This document shows positions 52,785-62,647 of a DNA stretch of 64,000 nucleotides, piece after piece. Source of the DNA: an uncultured Methanomicrobiaceae archaeon (GTDB lineage Archaea > Halobacteriota > Methanomicrobia > Methanomicrobiales > Methanoculleaceae); assembly GCA_963826525.1 (NCBI GenBank), contig CAWGXH010000003.1, positions 64,001 to 128,000 on the forward strand, read 5' to 3'. Every line of letters starts with the position of its first letter. The first letter of the stretch is position 1. Below the pieces are notes generated by a model. It saw only the letters and a list, made by a program, of their open reading frames with translations. It did no database searches and was not told the DNA's origin. A program made the translations under genes and the position numbers.

Positions 52785-53967
52785 ATGAAAATCTTCAGAG
52801 GGCTCAATGATCCTCCTGCACCTGGCCAGCCGGCCGACCGGCTGTTCTTCGCCGACAACCTGCGGACCTGGCCGATCGTCCTGTGGTGCTGCACCACATC
52901 GCCCTCGTCTACGGGCCAATCGCCCCATTCTACTACGCGGAGCCGGCACCGGCTAGCGATGTCCTCTTTTATATTTTCGTGCTCGTGTTCGTGCTCTCCG
53001 ACCGGGCCTACTTCATGGGTCTCCTCTTCCTGGTCTCCGGGCACTTCACCCCCGGCTCGCTCGAACGGAAGGGTGAGAAAATGTTCGTCCGTGACCGCCT
53101 GGTCCGGCTGGGGATCCCACTGGTGTTCTTCTTCCTCAGCCCGCTCGCGTGGCTCGGGTTATACGCGATGCCGCCAACCCTGAGATCTTTGTTCGCTACC
53201 GCGGGCATACCCCTCCCTACTTTCGACGACATCACAGATTCCTTCGGCATTGGCCCCATGTGGTTTGTGGAGATGCTGTTCATCTTTGATGTCGGCTTTG
53301 CGATCTGGTGGGTGCTCCGGCAGAGACGCAGTCCCCCCAAGAGGGCCGCGCCGATGAACGGAACGGCGCTCCGCCCCGCGACCGGACCATCGCCGCCTCC
53401 ATCATCCTCCTGGCGCTGGCCAGTTACCTGATCCGGATCATCATCCCGCTCGGCACGTTTGTCGTAGAATTCCCGACGTTGTCCTATCTCCCGCAGTACC
53501 TCGAGCTTCTTCATCATCGGCATCGTCGCGGTCCGGCGCAACTGGTTTGTGACCATCCCGAAGTCGATGGGCAGGATGGGATTTTTGATCGCCGGGATCG
53601 CAATGGTCACCCTCTTCCCCTGGCACTGATCGGAGGGGCAGCCTTCATTGGGAACGGGAGCTGGTCGTCCGTGGTCTATGCCCTCTGGGACTCGACGGTG
53701 GCGGTGGGGATGGCACTCGGCCCGATCACGCTCTTCCGGGACGACCGGTTCAACCACTCAGGCCGGTTCTTCCGGTTCCTGCAACGGCACTCCTACACGG
53801 TCTACTTCATCCAGGCCCCGCTCATCGTGCTGGTCGCGGTCTCGCTGAAGGATCTTGTGCTCCCGCCATTCGTAAAATTCGTCCTGGTGTCGTTCATCAC
53901 GGTCCCGTTCTGCTTCGTCGTGGCCTACCTGATCCTGAAGATCCCATACGCGGACAGGGTCCTCTGA
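52785..53967 (+). CDS. Acyltransferase-3 (OpgC-like) membrane protein, several frameshifts; may be a pseudogene
   Basis: RLFFADNLR, VLHH, YFMGLLFLVSG, RDRLVRLGIP, GPMWF, SYTVYFIQ. Confidence 0.75.
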
Positions 53968-54064
53968 TATCCGGAGATGCCGGGCGGGACTGGCTGCTAT
54001 TGATGACACTCTCTGGTGTTCTCCGGTCATGGTACCGGCCGAGCATCTCCGCTCGCCACATCCC

Positions 54065-54643
54065 TCATTTTTTCTCTATCGAGGAGAGCCAGGCCCACGG
54101 ACCTTCGGCCCGGGTGCGGCTCTCGAAGGACGCCGGCCGGATGTACTTGATGGTCCAGCCGTCACGGAAGCTCTCCTGTATCTCTCTTTGCGATATTCTC
54201 CTCGGGCCGTATCCGCCGGGCTCCAGGTCACTGAAGCAGAGCATGAAGTACTTCCCGCCCGGGGCCAGGACGGCTGCAAGGTTTTCCACGAAGATCGACC
54301 GGTCCTCGTCGGACAGGGTATGGAAGAGCCCCGAATCCGTGGCCGTATCGAACTGCCTGTCGAGGGTGGCAAGTTCGAGTGCGTTCAGGACAAGAAAATG
54401 CACCAGGAGTCCCCTTTCGGCAGCCTTCTCCTTTGCCTTCCCGATCGCCAGGGGTGCGGAATCGATCCCCCACACCTCATGCCCCTCCTCCGCAAAGAAG
54501 AGGGCGTGCTCTCCTGTCCCGCACCCAATGTCCAGGACAGATCCGACGATCTCGCCCCTCCGAACCAGTTCCACGAACTCTTTCTGCGGCCGTCCGATGT
54601 CCCACGGTGGAGTGCCCCTGTATGCCCGGTCAAAGAAATCCAT
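54065..54643 (-). CDS. Class I SAM-dependent methyltransferase
   Basis: PPWDIGRPQ, VLDIGCGTG, DSGLFH, PGGKY. Confidence 0.9.
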   Translation of the reverse strand: MDFFDRAYRGTPPWDIGRPQKEFVELVRRGEIVGSVLDIGCGTGEHALFFAEEGHEVWGIDSAPLAIGKAKEKAAERGLLVHFLVLNALELATLDRQFDTATDSGLFHTLSDEDRSIFVENLAAVLAPGGKYFMLCFSDLEPGGYGPRRISQREIQESFRDGWTIKYIRPASFESRTRAEGPWAWLSSIEKK

Positions 54644-54752
54644 AGCTCACCATGACTTAACCGGTGTGCTTATCATTTTTGTCCATATCGATGAGAATTG
54701 CGATTAACCCGTCCCTCTCCTCAAATTCCTACTCCCTCCTGCCCCCCCTTCA

Positions 54753-54977
54753 TCAAAGACTGGCTGGTCCGCCCGGGAATTCCGCTGGCCGTGTTCTTCT
54801 TCGTTGTTCTGAACGAATGAACCGCGATGCAAGCGTCAATGCCAGCACGATACCGACAAACAGCAGGACCAACGTGATGGCCAGCTGGCCCTGCTCATAG
54901 AAGAGGTAACCGAGTATCAGCATTAACGCAGAGAGGATGACCAGCCCTGCTGTCATCGGCGTCGATTCTGTGGGCAT
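54753..54977 (-). CDS. Small two-TM membrane protein
   Basis: Two hydrophobic helices followed by a basic tail. Confidence 0.55.
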   Translation of the reverse strand: MPTESTPMTAGLVILSALMLILGYLFYEQGQLAITLVLLFVGIVLALTLASRFIRSEQRRRTRPAEFPGGPASL

Positions 54978-55092
54978 GGTGAAGCATTGCTACCCACCCC
55001 TAAAAATCATTATGCACCAGCGGCGGCGTGGTTCTTCCGAACCGATACGTGCCTGCAGGACGCCCTTTTTCCACCCTGCATATCGGGAACGA

Positions 55093-56732
55093 TCACTCAA
55101 AACGTTCTATTCCCGTCTCATCGGGTGACGACAGCCTGCCCTCAATACGGTCGCCGATCTCCTCCTCGGGTTCACCTGGTGCATCGGACAGGATTTCACG
55201 CAGTTTTCTTCTGTCTTTAGCCCATAGCAGCAGAAACGATGCCAGAAAAATCATCGTGTAGCATGCCCAGAATACCGGTATCGTCGTCCCGCTGTCGGTT
55301 CCCCCGGAGAAGAACTTTCGGGAGCCTGCGTACACCGAGAGCAGCATCACTATGATAACGAACAGGTATGGCGTGATCCCGACATACGACGACGTGCCGG
55401 AAGCGGACCGCCTGGCCTTTTTGGGTGTGACCATGAACGGGAGTTTTTTTCCGGAGACAACATACCAGGCGGCGCGGGCGTACACGAAGGCGAGGCTGTT
55501 GAAGATCGTCTGCGTCCGCATAAAATCGCGGAGCGTGTACTGGCGTTCACGGGAGCTGATGCCGAACTGAAGTGCAAGTACGACAACCAGTATCACGATG
55601 AAGATTTTGGGCATCTGCACCGACAGGATCCGGATGCCGAAGAGCAGCGTGATCCCGGGGAGGAGAATGAGTGCCAGGTTCATCCCCCCCAGAAGGTAGG
55701 ACGATACTGTTACTATAAACTCAAGCCACTGCAGGGGCTTCATGGAACGGGGTTGTTTCAGGAACGTCTTGAGTATCGTCACGAGCAGACTGCGTGTTCC
55801 CGTATGCCCAGCGGAGTTGTTGCGTGAAATACGCCGCGAGAGTCGGCGGTGCAAGCCCTTCCGCATACACCGTATCGAGAAAGATTCCCCGATAGCCCTT
55901 GAGATGGAATAAAAAGGCCGTGGCGATATCTTCGGCGATGCACTCCTCGTCCATGCCGCCGATCGCCGAAAGATGGCTCACCCGGAAGAGACTGTTCGAA
56001 CCGGTCAGCATTCCGACACCGTTGACGCTCAGTCCCCGGCAAACATGTTTGTTATAGATATGCTGCTGGTACGAGAAGGTAACGCTCACCGGATCTTCCG
56101 GTTCCGACCTGAAGAATTGCGGCGTCTGAATGAATGATACGGAATCGTCTGCCTCGAGGATCGGGATCAGGTCCCGGAAGATATTCGATCTCACCTGCTG
56201 ATCCGAATCGATGACCAGGATATACTCGGTACCCTCGTCGAGAACGGTGAGTGCATGATTGATCGCCCCTGCTTTAAACCCCTGCCGGTGATCGCGGTGA
56301 ATATAGCGAACAGAATGCGCAGCACAGATCTCGCGGTTTGCTGCCTGAAGTTCCCCGTCGGTCGAGTCGTCCAGAACGTAGATGCCGACGTTCGGGTACT
56401 CGATCTTCGTGCATGCCCGGATGCAGGACTCAACGGTATCAGGCTCCTCGTTATACACCGGTATAAGGACGGCGGTGCGAAACTCGCGTCTGCTCACCGG
56501 TGCCGGGTTGATAACCGGTCCTCTATAGACAAAGAGCGACCGCATGAGATGGTCGGCATCAGCTCACGCCATGGATCGCAGCGAAGAAGAGGGCTGCTAT
56601 CAGGATGCCGGAGACTATCCTGGACGGGATCCACCCTTCGGTGCCGATGAGGAAGAGGTCATGGAGGAAAACGAACAAAAGCAGCAGCAGAAAGAAACTG
56701 GTTAATAGAGAAATCCACGATGTCCGCTTCAC
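55093..56732 (-). CDS. Processive GT2 glycosyltransferase, cellulose synthase (BcsA)-like; frameshifts near 56560 and 55785
   Basis: IPVYNE, LDDS, FKAGAIN, DSD, QTPQFF, AED, QQLRW plus N- and C-terminal TM helices; start uncertain. Confidence 0.8.
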
Positions 56733-56957
56733 GAGTACCCCATCCCCTGGAGGCTGCGGTCTGAATGCAGTCTCCGGAGATCCTGATCGCAGTTGGGCGA
56801 TCACGGTACTGGAGACGGATTGGTGCAGTGTGCAGACCGTTTGAATACCATCCCACTTCTCTGTTATACTTAACGCTTGTGGTCTGGATGCTGTGTTGAA
56901 TGAGTCCGGTCATTCGGCCAGAAGAAAGAAGGTGACGGCCGTCCCTGCCGGTCTTCC

Positions 56958-57150
56958 ATGCCACAGACAGAACGCTGGGGACGGCCGTACCCCGACAGTC
57001 GCGACTGGAGTGTGTCTTATGAACGTCTGGTTCGGTGTGGCGAGTTCTCTCTCGCTTGCGTTCATCGAGCAGTAGGACGATCTCCTTTCTGGGATGAACG
57101 TCGGCAAGCGCGGTCGGCCGTACCAATATCCGAAGCCCTGTTCGGGCGTC
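56958..57150 (+). mobile_element. IS5-like transposase N-terminal remnant
   Basis: RDWSVSYERLVRCGEF, then LAFIEQ*DDLLSGMNVGKRGRPYQYP; resembles the start of archaeal IS5-type transposases; has a stop and a frameshift. Confidence 0.55.
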
Positions 57151-57194
57151 GGACTTAATACATCCAATTGATAATAGATATAGGATCTTTTTGA

Positions 57195-57280
57195 GCGAGG
57201 GTAGGCTTAGCCCGGCCAAAGCCGGCGGACTTAAGATCCGTTCTCGAAGGAGTCCGTGGGTTCGAATCCCACCCCTCGCA
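57195..57280 (+). tRNA. tRNA-Leu (anticodon TAA)
   Basis: Acceptor GCGAGGG/CCCTCGC, anticodon arm GCGGA-CTTAAGA-TCCGT, long variable arm, T arm GTGGG-TTCGAAT-CCCAC; discriminator A, CCA not encoded. Confidence 0.93.
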
Positions 57281-57320
57281 TCGCGTATTTGGGTTATAGA
57301 CAAGTGAAAAAAATTTGACG

Positions 57321-57423
57321 CTCACCTTTGGGTATGATCCAGCAGTGGGGGGGTGTCCCATTTTGAGGTAGTGTAACACTCACCTCTGGACATGATCCAA
57401 CAGTGGGGTGTTGCTCTTGAGGT
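57321..57423 (+). repeat. Two imperfect direct repeats, 58-bp period
   Basis: CTCACCTTTGGGTATGATCCAGCAGTGGGG vs CTCACCTCTGGACATGATCCAACAGTGGGG (26/30), each followed by TTGAGGT. Confidence 0.75.
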
Positions 57424-57570
57424 GGGGAGGTGCCTCCAGGGGGGTTCTGTCCTGTTCTGAAGTGGTTATTGGGTGAAGAGCCTCTGAGGCTAGTCAGTGA
57501 ACTGTTCATAGGCCTTCTTGATGTATGGAGTGGGGGGTATACTGTTTAGTGGCCTCCTAGGTATGAGATG

Positions 57571-57825
57571 TTAACCTTTTGAATTCCTTTTCCTGACCCA
57601 ATCAAAGAAAAGACTAACTAATAAGAAGAAAAGCCCCCCAATTATTGTTGGGATACTATTATCACCCATCATAAGGGATAACATAGTTGAGCCTATAAGC
57701 ACCCCGATACATCCTATTCCATATTCATAGACCTTCTTGTGAATAACCCGTCCTTCAGGGCGGGTTAGTTCACGTTCCCTGTGGCAGACAGGACAAAACT
57801 CCTGGAATACGCGCTTCTGGAGCAT
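57571..57825 (-). CDS. Small AT-rich hypothetical membrane protein
   Basis: CPVC, then two TM helices; many AT-ending codons, unlike the host genes. Confidence 0.45.
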   Translation of the reverse strand: MLQKRVFQEFCPVCHRERELTRPEGRVIHKKVYEYGIGCIGVLIGSTMLSLMMGDNSIPTIIGGLFFLLVSLFFDWVRKRNSKG

Positions 57826-57858
57826 TACGAGATCCGCTTCAGCCGATGACCGGGTTCG

Positions 57859-58906
57859 TCACCGGACTCTTTTCCTGAAGATCACCACCGTCGCAATAAG
57901 CCCGATGATGATATTGAGGTAGTAGAGCATGAACCGCCAGAGCGCCACGAAAACACCGACCAACGCCGAGGGGATGATGAGCCCGTAGAGCGTTGCGGCG
58001 CTGATCTCTGCGATACCGGCGGAACCCGGCGTGAGGGGAATAACCTCCACGAGTGCGATGATGAGCTGGAACAGGAACGATTCAAGGACATACGGCTGCA
58101 GCCCAAGACCGAGCAGGATAAAGGAAGCGACCAGAAACTCCGAAAACCAGAACAGTGTTGCGAACAGGAACCCTGTGAGCAGTCCTCTCCTGCCGGCACT
58201 GCTGAACCGGGAGATGCTCCCGGAGAAGTTATCGACCTCACGATTGATACGTACTGCCAGGTCGTCGCTCTCTCTCTTCTCCTCCGAATTGTCAGGGCTC
58301 ATGTGTGATATTCGCGATCGAAGATGCCGCCACAAGGCCAGCAACCGGTTCGTGACGCGCTTCAGGAATACCGGATGCCGGACCAGATACAGAAAGCCGA
58401 GTACCATTCCGCCGATGAGCACGAGGGAGACGACGGAGACCTCGACGAGATCCGGGGAGATTGCCCGGATCCTGTAGCCGAGAAAGACGATTGCGAGAAG
58501 AAAGAAGAGAATCAGCACCACGCCGTCGAGGACCCGCTCCATGATGACGATTGCCGTCGCGTCGCCGACCTTCACATCGGAGCGGGTCAGCTCATGAATC
58601 CGCACGGGCTCCCCGCCCACCTGACCGGGAGTGACCGCACCCGGAATGAGGTTGACCAGTACCGATCTCGAACGAACGAAGCAGCCCGATGGAGTACAAG
58701 AGCCCCCGGGAGAGATACTTTATCTTACCGCCCCAGAACGCCAGCGAGAGGATGCGGAATGCGACGGCGATTACCAGAAAGTACGGATCGAGATGCTGGA
58801 GATAGTAGAGCGTATCCTGGTTGATCGTGAGCAGCAGCACGACAGCGATGATAGCCAGGCTGATAAGAAGGGAGATCCAGAGCCATCTCGACTGTGTGCG
58901 TGCCAT
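57859..58906 (-). CDS. Flippase-like membrane protein (UPF0104/LPG synthase TM), frameshift near 58670
   Basis: TPGQVGGEPVR, IMERVLD, IPLTPGSAGIAE, WRFMLYY. Confidence 0.85.
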
Positions 58907-58989
58907 TCGTATCCGTATCCTCCGGCGTCGGGCTCTCTTTGAGGTTCACGCAGCACCGGTAATCACTGCCGTATCCTTCCCGCATCCGG

Positions 58990-59437
58990 TCACGGCAGTT
59001 CATCCTGCCTGACAAAGTGGAGGGACGCCGAATTCATACAGATAGCGCTTGTACGTCGGCGGCGGCCCGTCGTCGAAGACATGGCCGAGGTGTGCGTCGC
59101 AGCGACTGCAGAGCACCTCCGTCCGGGTCATGAAGAGACTCCTATCGGCGGCCGTCCGGACGTTCAGTTCCGAGATCGGTTCGGAGAAACTCGGCCAGCC
59201 CGTACCCGACTCGAACTTGGCCTTCGAACTGAAGAGCTCGGTGTCGCAACAGACACATTCGTACAATCCCTCCTCCTTGCAGTCCCAGTATTTACCGGTA
59301 AATGCCCGTTCGGTACCACCCTTCCGGGCGACGGCGAACGATTGAGGCGTCAACTGGCGCCGCCACTCGTCATCGGATTTGACAACCTTCTCCACTTCTT
59401 CCACGGTGCCTGTTCTGGCATTGTAAATCCTGACCAT
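58990..59437 (-). CDS. msrB: Methionine sulfoxide reductase B (1-nt frameshift at the RYCMNS motif, near 59040)
   Basis: GTERAFTG, CVCC, KFESGTGWPSF, CSRC, HLGHVFDDGP; CMNSASLHF follows in the shifted frame. Confidence 0.9.
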
Positions 59438-59574
59438 CTCTCTCTCTGCACCTCAACGTCACGGCTCATCGATATCCTCCCCAACTGATTGGTCACCTCA
59501 ACCCAGCCCGTATATATCATTTTCTTCGGTGATGCCGTGTTGAATAATTCTGGTCACCCGACCGCAAGAGTGAC

Positions 59575-60162
59575 GAGAGAGGAGTGTATCAGGCGATCTT
59601 CCCTGACCTTCTTCGCTCCGGCTACACCATCCAGAAGGTCGATCTTGAGTATTTTATCCTCGATACAAAGGATATTCAAGCAAAAAAGGGGGATCGACCG
59701 GTTATGATGGCTAAAAAAAAGTAAGAGGGAACAAACTGAGTGCTCTGGTCGATCAAAACGGCCTTCCCCTTGCCTGCACCGTTTTCCCGGCAAACATCCA
59801 CGATACTCAACTCTACGAACCAACTCTCGAAGCATTCACAATTCCTGAGGTCACAGAGAAACCATCGATAATCTCGGCTGATACAGCCTACGATTCCCGG
59901 GAGATTCGCCAGTACAACCGGAAGAGACGAATAAAAAGCAACATCCCGGTCAACCGGAGATCCCGGATACACCCGAAGCGAGGAAGGCCATTCTGGTTTG
60001 ATCCGGAATTGTATAAAAAGCGAAGCGCCGTTGAACGATTTTTCAGCTGGATCGAGGCATTCAAGAAGGTCGTTCCCCGATACGAGCGATATGAATACTC
60101 ATTCCTGGGACTCATCTACCCGGCATGTGCCATGATGGTCTGGAGAGTTATGGGACGACCTC
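59575..60162 (+). mobile_element. Truncated IS5-family element (5' end missing, in-frame TAA)
   Basis: Homologous to the 60659-61503 element (DIQAKK, GYDG*KK, ADTAYD, YKKRSAVERFFSW); right TIR TTATGGGACGACCTC. Confidence 0.85.
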
Positions 60163-60366
60163 TTTTTCAGTTTGGTCTGATATTAGAGCTATGGCATACT
60201 ATTTTTAAATAACACATTGTTGACTGTTAAAATTGTAAAATAGCAGTTGAATAGGTCCGCTTTTCGTTTATTCGAAGCTTTTCGAGGTTGGTACAACGAT
60301 ACAGGGATATTTATATGAAGGAAACAAGATAAATAGAACCAGCCAAAGGCGTAGCGAGGTAACTGT

Positions 60367-60503
60367 ATGCCAACGAGTAAGAAACAATTGGAGAAACTGA
60401 ACAAAGTGAAGAAGGCCAAGGCAGAAGAACTCTCGCAGCAGGCGGCTGCAGGTAGCCAAGCCGCCAAGAAAAAGCTAAGAAGCTCGAGAAAAAGCTCAAG
60501 TGA
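60367..60503 (+). CDS. About 45-aa Lys-rich basic protein (probable missing A near 60478)
   Basis: TTTATATG at 60310, GAGGT RBS, MPTSKKQLEKLNKVKKAKAEELSQQAAAGSQAAKKKL, then KKLEKKLK* in the adjacent frame. Confidence 0.6.
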
Positions 60504-60658
60504 GCCGCCTGGAATTTCCAACTATTTTCATTTTTCTTTTAAGGGCTAATAAAACGAATATCACTATGCAAGTCGCAAAATGCTCGTATATGGAGGGTAG
60601 CGGAAGGCTCAATTTTTAAATTTTAAAAAATATTACTCCGAACATTTTCGATATGATA

Positions 60659-61503
60659 GAGGTCATCCCATAACTCTCCAGAGTATCATTGCACACGCCA
60701 GGTGAACGAGTCCCAGGAATGAACACTCATACCGCTCGTATCGAGGAACGATCTTCTTGAACGCCTCAATCCAGCTGAAGAACCGTTCGATGGCACCCCT
60801 TTTCTTATACAGTTCTGGATCGAACCAGCGTGGCCTTCCTCGCTTCGGGTGTATCCGGGGTCTCCGGTTGACCGGGATGTTGCTCTTGATCCCTCCTTTC
60901 CGATTGTACTGCCGGATCTCATGTGAATCGTAGACTGCATCTGCTGAGATGATTGAGGGATGATCCTGGACATCCGGAATCATGAATGCTTCGAGAGTTG
61001 GTTCGTAGAGTCGAGAATCGTGGATATTTGCCGGGAAAAGGGTGCAGGCAAGGGGAAGGCCGTTCTGATCGACCAGAACACTCATTTCATTCCCATTCAC
61101 CTTCTTATAGCCATCATAACTGGTCGATCTTCCTTTTTTGCTTGAATATCCCTGGTATCAACAGAACAATGTGTGAGATCGAGTTTCTGAAAGGTGTAGC
61201 CGGCACCGAGAAGGTCGAGGAAGATGTCCTGATAGATGCCATGCTCGGCGAGATAGAGATGAAAGCGATGTACCGTTGATTTCGTGCCATATTTTCGGGG
61301 TACGTCGCTCCAGGTACAACCGGTGGTCAGGACAAAGTGAATCCCGTTGAACATGGCGCGATGGTCGGTTCGAGGCCGCCCGATATGGGGTTTCTGGGGA
61401 GGGAGGTGCGGCTCGAGGATCGCCCAGAGATCATCGTCGATTTCCCGGAATGCCATACGGCCTGAGTTTTATTCAAGTGTGCATACAATTAGGGGATGAT
61501 CTC
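60659..61503 (-). mobile_element. IS5-family insertion sequence (about 845 bp), orfA 61097-61456 / orfB 60663-61100
   Basis: TIRs GAGGTCATCCCATAA and TTAGGGGATGATCTC (13/15); orfA WAILEPHLP, GRPR, TGCTWSDVP; orfB ADAVYD, YKKRGAIERFFSW. Confidence 0.9.
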
Positions 61504-61715
61504 GTTGATTCGCCGTACTTTGCCTGGATGCTTGTGACGGTCTTCTCGCCATCCATGAGATCTGCCTGGGTCAGAATCACCTGGAGCGGGTGGCGGACGT
61601 GGTCGCTGAGGATGGCGAACTGCTCCATGTTCTGCTCGATCTGAGTATATGCCTGCCGCCGGATCGCTTCGTGGGGCTTCCGGTCAGTGATCTCGTAGAT
61701 GGTGCCGTGGCCATG
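61504..61715 (-). pseudogene. Remnant of a PAS-type sensor C-terminus, truncated at the IS end
   Basis: TIYEITDRK...AYTQIEQNMEQFAILSDHVRHPLQVILTQADLMDG, homologous to the tail of 960..2387. Confidence 0.7.
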
Positions 61716-61895
61716 ATGTCCCTCCTGCTCACCGGAGCGATTCCACGAGCCGCAGACCGCCGGACATAAACGGCAATGGGGATTGTACGGGTTGATGAGC
61801 AGGGGGTGATCGAGAGTGTACCGGGAAAGGCGCCGTCTTCGGGGATCGGGTTCGCAGGGGTAATCCTATGACTGATGCAACCAAATGGAGTTGCA

Positions 61896-62637
61896 ATGAC
61901 TGTCACGATCATCCCGCAGGCTTCGGAGCCTCGGCCTCAACGAGTACGAGGCGAAGGTCTACTCCACCCTCGTCGGGCTCCGGAAGGCCACCGCACGCGA
62001 CATCCACCGGCTGAGCGGCGTCCCCCGCGGACGCATCTACGAGATCCTCCACGACCTTGCCCGCCGGGGGTTCATCGGCGTCGAGGAGGGTTCCCCGAAC
62101 TCCTACTACGTGCTCGACACCGACGAGGTGATCGACCGGCTCAAAGAGGACGCCATCCGCTCGCTCGAAGAGGCCCGCACCGCCCTGAAAAGCCTCGAGG
62201 TCGAACTGCCGGTGACGAGCGCCCCGTGGTTCGTCCTCCGGAGCGACTGGGCGATCGAGAACCACTTCCAGTCGGTCTTCCGGAAGGTGCAGGAGGAGCT
62301 TCTCGTCCTCTGCCGCGACCCTGGGTTCCTGCAGGAGCACGAGCGGCTCTTCAAGCAGCTCCGCCGGCGGATCCAGGTCTCCATCGTCGTCAGCGATAAG
62401 GAACTGTTCTCCGGGATCACCCTCCCGATCTACGAGGCCACCGGGATCCTCCGTGACTTCTTCGAGGGGGATGTCCCGGGGCAGGAGCACGTCGAGATGA
62501 TCGCCGCCTTCTTCATCGACGCGAAGGAATCGTTCTTCATCGGCAGAAACGGTGCCGAACGGCTCGCCGTCATCGGCACGGAACGGGCACTGACCCGCTA
62601 CCTCGCAAAGAGCATCGCCGAGCGGATAGAAGAGTGA
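61896..62637 (+). CDS. TrmB family transcriptional regulator (frameshift near 61916)
   Basis: LRSLGLNEYEAKVYSTLV...LSGVPRGRIYEILHDLARRGFI wHTH in the frame of ORF 62110..62637; GGAG RBS. Confidence 0.85.
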
Positions 62638-62647
62638 AAAATGGGAT

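Noticed and set aside
57321-57423. Possible mini-CRISPR
   Set aside because: Only two imperfect repeats, the intervening sequences resemble each other, and there are no cas genes or typical repeat ends.
57490-57570. Possible tyrosine-integrase C-terminal relic (minus strand HT*EATKQYTP / YIKKAYEQF)
   Set aside because: Too short, and it needs both a stop and a frameshift; resemblance only, unsupported without a search.
58990-59060. MsrB variant lacking the catalytic Cys, or recoded at that site
   Set aside because: CMNSASLHF is present in the next frame and removing one base restores RYCMNS; there is no in-frame TGA suggesting selenocysteine.
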